A stretch of 64,000 bases of DNA from an uncultured Chloroflexia bacterium (lineage in GTDB: Bacteria; Chloroflexota; Limnocylindria; Limnocylindrales; CSP1-4), in assembly GCA_963826225.1 (NCBI GenBank), contig CAWGWF010000006.1, forward strand, positions 28,243-92,242. The letters run 5' to 3'. Shown here piece by piece: positions 51,069 through 59,936 of the stretch. A program made the translations under genes and the position numbers. Position 1 is the stretch's first letter. Each line of letters opens with the position of its first letter. The notes below the pieces were generated by a model. The model worked only from the letters and a program-made list of their open reading frames with translations, had not been told where the DNA came from and did not search any database.

Positions 51069-52589
51069 CTACCAGCGACCATTGCCGGGACGCATGGCCT
51101 CACGGGGCAGCAGGATGTCGAACGCACCGCGGATCCGGTCGTCGACGTCCATGCCGACGTGATCGGGGTAATGGGTGCCCAACGTCTCTCGCACCCGCCG
51201 CCGCGCCCGCTCCCGGGCGTCCATCGATCCACCTTCCTCCCAGGCTCCGGGGCTCCCGCGATCCCCGATGGCCGGGTAGACGAAGTCGCTTCGCATCCGG
51301 CGGCGGGTCTCCGGGTGGCTGAGGAAGTGACCGTCGCCCTGCACCACGTCGCGGATCATGTCGAAGGCCAGCGTCTCGTCCGTCACCTCGATGCCGCGCA
51401 CCGTCCGCTGGACGGCCGCCAGCATGTCGTCGTCGATGACATACGCCTCGAACGCCGTGGCCATCAGGCTGGCCTGCATCCCGGCGGCCTCGCAGACGAG
51501 GCTGGAGCCCGCGTTCGCGGCCATCAGCGCGGTCGACGCCTTCTCCGCTCCCGACTGGGCGTCGGGGAGCTTGGAGTCGGTCATGCCGGCCGCCACGCTC
51601 CCGGGCAGGTCGTAGAACCCAGCCATCTGCGCACAGCCCGCCACGATCAGCCCGTTCTCCGCGCTGCCGGCGGACATCGCCCCGGTGCGCAGGTCGGACA
51701 GGAACGGCCAGGTGCCGAGGTGGGCGCGGCAGTCGGGATCGATCAGGAAGCAGAACACGAGGCCGCCGAGGCACTCCGCCATGGACTGCACGATGGTGCC
51801 CGCCAGCGTGACCGGGCTGGTCGCACCGGCCTGGGGCGCGGACACGATGCCGACCGGCATGCCGGCTCGCACGGCCGCCTCCATGGCCTCGCACGAGTCT
51901 TTCGCGAACCGGAGCGGCGGCACGACGTGGGTGCACGCCATGGAGCAGAACGGGCGCTTGCGGAACTCACCCTCACCGCCCAGGCGCATGTCCAGCATGG
52001 CGACCGCATTCCGGACGCTGGCACCGTTGTTGAAGCTGCCGGTGATGTGCTTCGTCGTGCCCTGCATGCAGGCGTAGACCGTGTTCAGGTCGTTGGCGTC
52101 CCAGGTCGGCATGTCGCGGGCGACGATCGACCGCCAGTAGAAGTGGATGTTCTCCAGGGTGTCCACCAGGCGGGCGATGTCGTACAGGTCCACGGTCGTC
52201 GTGGGCCGGTGGAGCCCGGTCTCGAAGTCGACGATCAGGGGCGCCGCACCACCCGTGCCGAGATGGACGCGTCCGCCGCCGATCTCCAGGTCGTGCGACG
52301 GATCCTGGCCCGGCAGGACGAAGCTGCGCGGCGCACGGGCGATGACGTCCTCGACGAGGGCGCGGGGATAGTGCAGCCGCCCCTCGTCGTCCGTCCACCC
52401 ACCGGCGGCGGTCACCAGCTCGACCATCGAAGGGATGGCGTCGGCGAACCCGATCTGCTCCATCACGTCGAGCACGGTCCGATGGATCTGCTCCATCTCC
52501 GGCTGCGTCAGCGGCTGGTACCGGCCGCCAACGAGCCCGGGCCACACCGGCGGCGTCACTCTGCGATCCGGTCGGTGCTCAGATTTCAT
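51069..52589 (-). CDS. MttB-family methyltransferase, non-pyrrolysine #2
   Basis: Clear paralog of #1: VWPG, PPLRF, QAGATSPVTLAG, SDLRTGA, AGMTDSKLPDAQSGAEKA. Confidence 0.9.
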   Translation of the reverse strand: MKSEHRPDRRVTPPVWPGLVGGRYQPLTQPEMEQIHRTVLDVMEQIGFADAIPSMVELVTAAGGWTDDEGRLHYPRALVEDVIARAPRSFVLPGQDPSHDLEIGGGRVHLGTGGAAPLIVDFETGLHRPTTTVDLYDIARLVDTLENIHFYWRSIVARDMPTWDANDLNTVYACMQGTTKHITGSFNNGASVRNAVAMLDMRLGGEGEFRKRPFCSMACTHVVPPLRFAKDSCEAMEAAVRAGMPVGIVSAPQAGATSPVTLAGTIVQSMAECLGGLVFCFLIDPDCRAHLGTWPFLSDLRTGAMSAGSAENGLIVAGCAQMAGFYDLPGSVAAGMTDSKLPDAQSGAEKASTALMAANAGSSLVCEAAGMQASLMATAFEAYVIDDDMLAAVQRTVRGIEVTDETLAFDMIRDVVQGDGHFLSHPETRRRMRSDFVYPAIGDRGSPGAWEEGGSMDARERARRRVRETLGTHYPDHVGMDVDDRIRGAFDILLPREAMRPGNGRW

Positions 52590-52761
52590 CGGTGGACCTC
52601 CAGGGCGGTGAACCCGCGGCTGCGCTCGGCGGGCACGTGCTCGGTCACGAGGGTGGGAACGACGGGCGACCGGGGTTCATCACGCCGCACGATCACGGAT
52701 CGCGCGGCGCCGGACATGCGCCGACCACCGGCGCCGGAACCGCCGACTGCCCGGCGTCCGG

Positions 52762-53412
52762 TCACAGACGCCGCGCCCCGGACGCCGCGCCCGCATCGAT
52801 CACGGACCGGCCCACTCCCAGCAGAGCCCGGGCCGTCCCATGGAACACGCGCCGGAGCTGCTCGGCCGACACCCCCGGGGCCTCGAGCGAGACCGCGACC
52901 GACGCCCCGTCGCCGAGGATCACGAACAGATCGACGATGTCCTCGACCGGCGCTGCGGGATGGAATGCCCCGGATTCGATTCCCGCCTCGATCACCTCCC
53001 GGAACGGCGGCCGCCAGGCGTCATAGAACCGGTCGAGCTTGGCCCGCAGCTCGTCGTCGCGGGCCATGGCGCAGAACTCGATCCAGACCCGGCTGCGCCA
53101 CAGCAGCGGCTCGGGCAGCGACGCGTCGAGGAGCGCCAGGAGTCGCTGCAAGGGGTCGCCGTCAGTGGGTGCCGCGGCCTGCCAGGCGCTCAGCCGGCGC
53201 TCGTTCGACCAGTCGAACAGCTCGGCGATCAGGCGGTCCCGGGTGTCGAAGTAGTGCTGGACGGTGCCGATCGAGACCCCGGCGGCCTCGCTCACGTCAC
53301 GGAGGCGGGCCCGCTCCACGCCGTGGGTCACCAGCAACCGTTCGGCGGCAGACAGGATCCGCTCGCGCTGCGCCGCGCGGAGCGCCTCGTTGTTCGTCGA
53401 TCGCCCGCCCAC
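52762..53412 (-). CDS. TetR family regulator (BetI-like C-terminus)
   Basis: RERILSAAERL, LRDVSEAAGVSIGTVQHYF, VWIEF; GTG start at 53412 inferred. Confidence 0.88.
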   Translation of the reverse strand: MGGRSTNNEALRAAQRERILSAAERLLVTHGVERARLRDVSEAAGVSIGTVQHYFDTRDRLIAELFDWSNERRLSAWQAAAPTDGDPLQRLLALLDASLPEPLLWRSRVWIEFCAMARDDELRAKLDRFYDAWRPPFREVIEAGIESGAFHPAAPVEDIVDLFVILGDGASVAVSLEAPGVSAEQLRRVFHGTARALLGVGRSVIDAGAASGARRL

Positions 53413-53747
53413 GCGTCCCGCCCGCCTCCATGATCGGACCGAATTCCACGGGTCGGCCGGAATCTGGCCCGGCCTGCTGTTGGCGCCTTGCGTCGGGGGC
53501 CGCGGCAGCGCAGGATTGGCCTGCGCAGCGCCGGCGACCCGACTATCCTGCGGGCATCCTAACACTCCATTCGTAATACGCCATTATGACCAATGGACCG
53601 CTGGGCAGGGCGGGCCGGACCCTGACGCTGTGCCGATCGCGTGGCGTGACGATGTACAGGGAAGGCCACGACCGAACCAGGCGTCCACGCATGCCGGGAC
53701 CGGCACGCAGACAATGGGATTGAGCGTTGGCAAGGAGGAGAAGGCGC

Positions 53748-55094
53748 ATGACCAGTGATATCCGGCGGCACATCGGCTTGGCCGCCGTGGTCGCCCTCGT
53801 CGTCGCGGCGTGCAGCAGCACGGCCGCGACCCAGGCGCCCACCACACCTGAGCCGGCGGCCTCGGCGCCGGCGGCCTCGGCGCCGGCCGCATCGGGCGGC
53901 ACGGGCTGCACCGAGCCCGCTCCCGCGACGATCAAGCTCGGCATCTCCGGCCCGTTCACCGGCGCCAACGCCCTGACCGGCGAGGAGATCAAGAACGGCA
54001 TCAACATGGCGTTCGAGAAGGTGGGCTGGAAGATCGGCCCGTACACCGTCGAGCCCGTCTACATCGACGACCAGTCCGATCCCGCCAAGGGCACGCAGGC
54101 CTACGAGCAGGCCGCGTCGGCCGACAAGATCGTGGCCGGCCTCCTCGGCTGGCACAGCTCGGTCGCGGTCGCCCAGATGGAGGTCACCTCGAAGTACAAG
54201 ATCCCGCACTTCTTCGCGCTGGGTGCCGCGAACACCATCGACGCGAAGTTCCAGGGCGACCCGGACAAGTTCGGGTACTGGACCGCCAAGGGCTGGCCGA
54301 CCCCCGAGAAGCTCACCATCGGCTACGTCGAGGCGATCGAGGAGGCGATCACCGCCGGCACCTTCGCTCCCGCCGAGAAGAAGGTCGCCCTGTTCGGCGA
54401 GGACACCGACTGGGGCCGCTCGCTGGCCAAGGGCCTCAAGGATCAGCTGACGGCCACCGGCTGGACCGTTCTCTACGAGGACTACTTCGCAGCGGACCAG
54501 ATGGACTTCTCGGCCCTGGTCTCCCGCTACAAGTCCGACAACGTGCCCCTGATCGCGGGCACGACGACGTTCGCCAACTCGCTGTCGGCATTCCTCAAGG
54601 CGATCTCCGACAGCGGCGTCAAGTCGCTGGTCGTGGCCGACGGCCTGGGCTGGATCGGCAACTGGTACGAGCTGAGCGGGTCGGCCTCCGACTATGTCGT
54701 GGACCAGATTCCGCAGTTCGCCTCGGACAAGGCCAAGCAGTACGCGGCCGACTACGAGGCCAAGTACGGGAGCAAGCCGAGCCCGTCCTCGGCCGGCCTG
54801 TCCTACGACTACGCCAACTTCTTCATGAAGATCGCTGAGACGGCCCTCGCGGACTCGTGCGAGATCTCCAGCGCGTCGCTGTACAAGGTCGCCCAGGAGA
54901 AGCTCTGGACCGGCCAGCTGACGTACACCGACGGGATCATCATGTCGAACTACGACTACTCCACGGACACGATCCCCGATCCGATCGTCGGCGGGGGTCA
55001 CTTCACCTTCCCGGCCCTCCAGTACATGGGCGGCGAGGCCACCGTGGTCTGGCCCTCGGACGTCGCGACCGGGACCCTCAAGAGCAAGCCCTAG
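53748..55094 (+). CDS. Branched-chain amino acid-type ABC transporter substrate-binding lipoprotein
   Basis: RBS AAGGAGGAG; lipobox VVAAC; IKLGISGPFTG, IDDQSDP, DTDWG. Confidence 0.88.
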   Translation: MTSDIRRHIGLAAVVALVVAACSSTAATQAPTTPEPAASAPAASAPAASGGTGCTEPAPATIKLGISGPFTGANALTGEEIKNGINMAFEKVGWKIGPYTVEPVYIDDQSDPAKGTQAYEQAASADKIVAGLLGWHSSVAVAQMEVTSKYKIPHFFALGAANTIDAKFQGDPDKFGYWTAKGWPTPEKLTIGYVEAIEEAITAGTFAPAEKKVALFGEDTDWGRSLAKGLKDQLTATGWTVLYEDYFAADQMDFSALVSRYKSDNVPLIAGTTTFANSLSAFLKAISDSGVKSLVVADGLGWIGNWYELSGSASDYVVDQIPQFASDKAKQYAADYEAKYGSKPSPSSAGLSYDYANFFMKIAETALADSCEISSASLYKVAQEKLWTGQLTYTDGIIMSNYDYSTDTIPDPIVGGGHFTFPALQYMGGEATVVWPSDVATGTLKSKP

Positions 55095-55109
55095 CACCAT
55101 CACGACCGA

Positions 55110-55140
55110 GGTGGGGAGCCGGCTCCGCCGGCTCCCCACC
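55110..55140. other. 13-bp intercistronic hairpin after the binding-protein gene
   Basis: GGTGGGGAGCCGG-CTCCG-CCGGCTCCCCACC. Confidence 0.65.
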
Positions 55141-55167
55141 TGTGCCTGAGAGGAACCCCGCGGGCAC

Positions 55168-55896
55168 ATGGCGCTCCTCGAGATCAGCGGCGTCACCAAG
55201 CGTTTCGGTGGCCTGACGGCCGTCGACAACGTCACCTTCTCCGTCGAGGCGGGCGAGATCTTCGGTCTGATCGGCCCCAACGGAGCCGGCAAGACGACGC
55301 TGCTCAACTGCCTGGCCGGCGGATCGCCGCCGAACGCGGGCACGATCCGGTTCGACGGCCGGGACACGACCGGCATGTCGGCCGAGCAGATGTGCCGGCT
55401 GGGCGTCGGCCGCACCTTCCAGATCCCGCGGCCGTTCCCGCGCATGACCGCGTTCGAGAACGTGGTCGTCGCCGCCACCTTCGGCGATCCGCACCTGGCC
55501 CACGCCGACGTGGCCACCCGGGCGCTCAAGATGATCGAGTACGTCGAGTTCCCGCGGCCGGTCGGAACGATCGCGTCACACCTCAACGCCTCCCAGCTCA
55601 AGCGGCTGGACCTGGCCCGCGCCCTGGCCAGCGGCCCCAAGCTGCTGCTGCTCGACGAATTCGCCGCCGGCCTCACGCCCAGTGAGCTGGTGGACATCGC
55701 CAAGCTGCTGCGCCGGATCCGCGACGACGGCGTCACGATCGTCATGGTCGAGCACGTGATGCGGCTGATCATGGACCTGTGCGGCCGGTTGTCGGTGCTC
55801 CAGTACGGGCAGCTGATCGCCCACGGCGACGCCGCAACGGTCGCGCAGGACGATCGGGTCCGTGAGGCCTATCTGGGCCAGAACTACATCCTCTGA
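55168..55896 (+). CDS. livG: Liv-type ABC transporter ATP-binding protein
   Basis: KRFGGLTAV, GPNGAGKTT, RTFQ, LLLDE, VEH, EAYLG. Confidence 0.9.
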   Translation: MALLEISGVTKRFGGLTAVDNVTFSVEAGEIFGLIGPNGAGKTTLLNCLAGGSPPNAGTIRFDGRDTTGMSAEQMCRLGVGRTFQIPRPFPRMTAFENVVVAATFGDPHLAHADVATRALKMIEYVEFPRPVGTIASHLNASQLKRLDLARALASGPKLLLLDEFAAGLTPSELVDIAKLLRRIRDDGVTIVMVEHVMRLIMDLCGRLSVLQYGQLIAHGDAATVAQDDRVREAYLGQNYIL

Positions 55897-55912
55897 CGGG
55901 ACGGAGGCACGC

Positions 55913-56618
55913 GTGCTCCAACTCACCGGCGTCGAAGCGGGCTACGACCTCCTCCAGGTCCTGTGGGGGGTCGACCTGCACGTGGACGAGGGCGAGTTCG
56001 TCGCGCTGCTGGGCCCCAACGGGGCGGGCAAGACGACGACCCTGCGCACGATCGCGGGCTTCCTGCCGCCGATCCGGGGTTCGGTCATGTTCCGCGGCGC
56101 GCATCTCGACGGCGTGTCCCCGCACCGGGTGAGCACGACCGGCGTCGGCTACGTGTCCGAGAGCCTCAACCTGTTCCCGGCCATGTCCGTGTACGAGAAC
56201 CTGCTGGTGGGCGCCTACGCCGTGAGGGACAAGGCCACGATCTCGTCCACGATGGACCTCGTCTTCGAGCTGTTCCCGCGGCTCCTGGAGCGGCGGGACC
56301 AGCTGGCCGGCACCCTGTCGGGCGGCGAGCGGAAGATGCTCGCCATCGGGCGCGGGCTGATGCCGTCGCCCTCGCTGCTCCTCGTGGACGAGCCGTCGCT
56401 GGGCCTGGCCCCGATGGCCACCCTCACCACGTTCGAGGCGCTCAAGGCGCTGCACGCGACGCGGCGTGACGATCCTGCTCGTCGAGCAGAACGTGAACAC
56501 CACGCTCCACCTGGTGGATCGGGCATATGTGCTGGAGCAGGGGCAGATCGTGCTCGAGGGGACCGGGCAGGAGCTGCTCGGCAACAGCCACGTCCAGGAA
56601 GCCTACCTGGGGATCTGA
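55913..56618 (+). CDS. livF: Liv-type ABC transporter ATP-binding protein; frameshift near 56460
   Basis: GPNGAGKTT, LFPRLLER, TLSGGE, DEPSLGLAP, then ILLVEQN...EAYLGI in another frame. Confidence 0.88.
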
Positions 56619-56625
56619 GCGAGCC

Positions 56626-57663
56626 ATGACCACCGCCACCAACGTCCGCGCCGTCCCGTTCGCCAGGCGGTTCATGTCGTTCACGTGGATCGTGATCGGC
56701 ATCTTCGTCCTGGCCATGATCGCGTCCGCGTTCCTCAAGCCCTCGATCCTCGTGGACACGCTCATCACGGGCGGCATGTGGGCGCTCATGGCCGGCGGCC
56801 TCGCACTGGTGTTCGGGGTGATGAACCTCCCCAACTTCGCCCACGGCGAGTTCTTCATGATCGGCTCGCTGGTGGCGATCACGGTCCTGCGCCCGATCCA
56901 GGATGCGCTCCGCGCCGACCCGGAGAGCACGGTCCTCAAGGTGTTCAGCCCGTTCCCGGGCATGATCGTCGCGGTCGCGGTCGGCTTCATCGCCGGGGTG
57001 CTGCTCGAGGTCTTCCTGTTCCGGGCCCTGCGCCGGCGAAGCAGCGAGCAGTGGGTCATGAACACGTTCCTGCTCACCGCGGGCGTGTCGGTCATCCTGA
57101 TCAACGGCAACCGGTTGCTGTTCGGCAACGATTTCCAGGGGATCAGGGCCTACTGGGACGTGCCGCCGATCGAGATCCTCGGCGTGGGGGTCTCCGTCGA
57201 CCGCGGGATGGTGTTCGTGATCGCCATGATCACGATCGCCGCGTTCGCCGTGTTCCTCCAGCGGACGAGGACCGGCCGGGCCATGCGGGCGGTGGCCCAG
57301 GACGAGACCGGCGCCCAGATGGCGGGCATCGAGCTCAACCGCGTCTTCATGCTGACGATGGGCCTCAGCTGCGCCCTGGCCGCCCTGGCCGGCGCGGCGC
57401 TGCTGTTCATGTACCCGTCGTACCCCAACGTCGGCCTCCAGCCGCTGTATCTCGCCTGGTTCGTCGTGATCCTGGCGGGTCTCGGCAACGTCCAGGGCGC
57501 GATCGTCGGGGCGTTCATCGTGTCGTTCCTCCAGACGCTGACCGTGTACTACATCGGCATCGGCTGGGTGGACGTCCTGCCAACCGCAGTCATCATCCTC
57601 ATCCTGCTGTTCAAGCCCTCGGGCCTGTTCGGCAGCGAGGTGAAAGGGGTCTGGGAGCAGTAG
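56626..57663 (+). CDS. livH: Liv-type ABC transporter permease
   Basis: GLALVFGVMNLPNFAHGE, GRAMRAVAQD, LAGLGN, KPSGLFG. Confidence 0.9.
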   Translation: MTTATNVRAVPFARRFMSFTWIVIGIFVLAMIASAFLKPSILVDTLITGGMWALMAGGLALVFGVMNLPNFAHGEFFMIGSLVAITVLRPIQDALRADPESTVLKVFSPFPGMIVAVAVGFIAGVLLEVFLFRALRRRSSEQWVMNTFLLTAGVSVILINGNRLLFGNDFQGIRAYWDVPPIEILGVGVSVDRGMVFVIAMITIAAFAVFLQRTRTGRAMRAVAQDETGAQMAGIELNRVFMLTMGLSCALAALAGAALLFMYPSYPNVGLQPLYLAWFVVILAGLGNVQGAIVGAFIVSFLQTLTVYYIGIGWVDVLPTAVIILILLFKPSGLFGSEVKGVWEQ

Positions 57664-58694
57664 TGAGCGCCGAGCCCGCCACCCCGATCAGCGTCGCCAA
57701 CGGCGCACGCACGCGCGCCCGCCGAGCGGGACGCGTCGCGTCCCTGGCCGTGGTCGTGCTCGCGATCCTCCTGCCGCTGATCCCGCCCTTCAGCGACCAG
57801 GCCTACCAGCGCTGGCTCATCGGGGCGGCGCTCATGGGGGCGATGGCCGTCGCCTTCGACTTCACGGCCGGCTACATCAACATCGTGAACTTCGGCTTCG
57901 CGGCCTTCGTCGGCGTGGGCGCCTACACCTCGGGCCTGCTGGCAGCCAACCTCGGGATCTCCCCCTGGATCGGCATGTTCGTCGGCGCCGTCGCGGCCGG
58001 GTTCGTCGGCCTGCTCACGGGCATGCTCACCCTCCGGCTGCGCGGGATCTACGCGGCCGTCATGACCTGGTTCGTGGGCCTCGCGCTGCTGGGCCTTGCC
58101 CGGAACCTGACCGAGGTCACCCGCGGGTCGCTGGGGCTCAACGTGCCGCTGCTCCTCGAGACATCGGACAACCTGCCCTACTACTACGTCATCCTCGGCA
58201 TGCTGCTGGTGACGATCACGGTGCTCACGATCGTCATCCGCTCCGACATCGGGCTCGCCTTTCGGGCGATCGGCCAGAACCTCCAGGCCGCCCGGGCATC
58301 GGGCATCAACCCCACCCGGTTCCTGGTCGTCAACTTCACGCTCTCGTGCGCCTTCGCCGGCTGGCTGGGCGGGTTCTACGCCCACTACTACGGCATCCTC
58401 ACCCCGGACATCATGCTGACCTCCCACACGGTGGAGGTGCTCGCCGTCGCCTACATCGGGGGACGCGGGAGCCTGTGGGGGCCGGCGATCATCGCGTTCC
58501 CGCTGACGATCGCGGTCGAGATCCTGCGCACGCAGTTCGCGAACCTGCCGGGACTCCACCTCGTGCTGTACGGCGTGGTGCTGATCGTCGTGATGATCTT
58601 CTGGCCGCGAGGCGTGGCCGGCGTGGTCCGCGACATCGGGGCGAAGCTTGAGGCGCGCTGGGCTCGAGAGGGCAAGGCCGCCGACCCGGCTTGA
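57663..58694 (+). CDS. livM: Liv-type ABC transporter permease
   Basis: NFGFAAFVGVGAY, LRLRGIY, GLAFRAI, IGGRGSLWGP, WPRGVAG. Confidence 0.9.
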   Translation: MSAEPATPISVANGARTRARRAGRVASLAVVVLAILLPLIPPFSDQAYQRWLIGAALMGAMAVAFDFTAGYINIVNFGFAAFVGVGAYTSGLLAANLGISPWIGMFVGAVAAGFVGLLTGMLTLRLRGIYAAVMTWFVGLALLGLARNLTEVTRGSLGLNVPLLLETSDNLPYYYVILGMLLVTITVLTIVIRSDIGLAFRAIGQNLQAARASGINPTRFLVVNFTLSCAFAGWLGGFYAHYYGILTPDIMLTSHTVEVLAVAYIGGRGSLWGPAIIAFPLTIAVEILRTQFANLPGLHLVLYGVVLIVVMIFWPRGVAGVVRDIGAKLEARWAREGKAADPA

Positions 58695-58697
58695 CCC

Positions 58698-59936
58698 TCA
58701 GGCGCCGAACCGGGCGGGGCTGAACGGGGCGAGCACCTCCGGGGAGCCACCGTCCAGGATCATGTCCGCCAGCAGGGCGCCCGTGCGCGGGGCGAGCGTC
58801 AGGCCCAGCATCGCGTGCCCGCTCGCGACGTACACGTCGGCGTGCGGCGCCAGCCGGCCGATCACCGCGATCCCGTCCGGCGTCATCGGCCGCAGCCCGG
58901 CACTGGGGGCGAGGGCCGGGGCGTCCGGGTTCCAGTCCCGCAGGTACCGGCCGGGCGCCCGCTGGATCGCCCGCAGCCGGGCGGGCGCCATGCGCTCGTC
59001 GAGCCCCCCGAACTCCATCGTGCCCGCCACCCGCGTTGCGCCGTCGAGGGGCGTCAGCACGCAGTGGGCCTCGGCCATCATGATCATCATCCGTGCCGTC
59101 AGCTGCGGTGGCACATAGTCCACGCTGTAGCCCTTGCCGGGTCGGATCGGCAGCCGCGATCCGAACAGGCGCGCGACCCCCGGGCTCCAGGCGCCGGCGG
59201 CGATCACGACCGCGTCGGCCGCGACGGCGCCGAACCCGCCGCGCACCTCCGTCCGTCCGTCCGTGCCCCGTCCGCCGCCCGTCACGGCGCCGTCGAGGAG
59301 GGTGACGCCCAGCGCGCGGAGCCTTCCCGTCAGCGCCTCCACCACGGTGGCGGGCCGGACGTGCCGCTCGTGGGGGAAGAACACGGCCCCCACGATGGCG
59401 TCGGCGAGCTGGGGCACCATCGCCCGCACCTCATCGCCGGTCATCACGCGCGGATCGAAGCCGGCTCGTCGCGACCGGTCCAGCTCCGAGACCGCCGCGT
59501 CGAGCTCCTCACGAGTCAGGAACACCTCGAGCTCGCCCTCGGCGTGCATCTCGAAGGTCATGCCGTCCGCGGCCCAGGCGTCCACTGCCTCCATCGTTCC
59601 GCTGCCGAGCGCCGCCGTCGCCGACCACGAGCGGGCGTACCTGTCGGCGTTGCAGGCACGGAGCATCCCCCACATGAACCGGACGAACGAGGGCGCGAGC
59701 GACGGCCGGACGTAGACGGGGCTGTCCGGCCGCAGCATCGAGCGCAGCGTCTGGAGCACGATCCCCGGTGCGGGCACGGGGCCGGCCAGTGACGGCACGA
59801 CCCAGCCGGCGTTGTTGGTCGAGGCACCGCTGCCGGGGGCACGGTCGCCGATGACGACCACCTCGGCGCCTCGCCGGGCCAGGCTGTACGCGGTCGCGAG
59901 CCCGATGATCCCGGACCCGACGACAACGACCTTCAC
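58698..59936 (-). CDS. D-amino acid dehydrogenase (DadA-like) flavoprotein
   Basis: VVGSGIIG, GASTNNAG, AAGAWS, PGKGYS, AGTMEF, GLRPMTPDG, GHAMLGLT; GTG overlaps the upstream stop. Confidence 0.88.
   Translation of the reverse strand: MKVVVVGSGIIGLATAYSLARRGAEVVVIGDRAPGSGASTNNAGWVVPSLAGPVPAPGIVLQTLRSMLRPDSPVYVRPSLAPSFVRFMWGMLRACNADRYARSWSATAALGSGTMEAVDAWAADGMTFEMHAEGELEVFLTREELDAAVSELDRSRRAGFDPRVMTGDEVRAMVPQLADAIVGAVFFPHERHVRPATVVEALTGRLRALGVTLLDGAVTGGGRGTDGRTEVRGGFGAVAADAVVIAAGAWSPGVARLFGSRLPIRPGKGYSVDYVPPQLTARMMIMMAEAHCVLTPLDGATRVAGTMEFGGLDERMAPARLRAIQRAPGRYLRDWNPDAPALAPSAGLRPMTPDGIAVIGRLAPHADVYVASGHAMLGLTLAPRTGALLADMILDGGSPEVLAPFSPARFGA

Noticed and set aside
53850-53895. Tandem PAASA-coding repeats, with similar Ala/Pro tracts in TlpA and CapA
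   Set aside because: Ordinary low-complexity linkers of lipoproteins or membrane-anchored proteins
10190-56470. Programmed frameshifting or true pseudogenes in GH130, cyclophilin, CapA, TlpA, GcvT #1 and LivF
   Set aside because: Isolated indels with no obvious slippery sites and intact motifs on both sides; sequencing error is more parsimonious, though reads are needed to confirm
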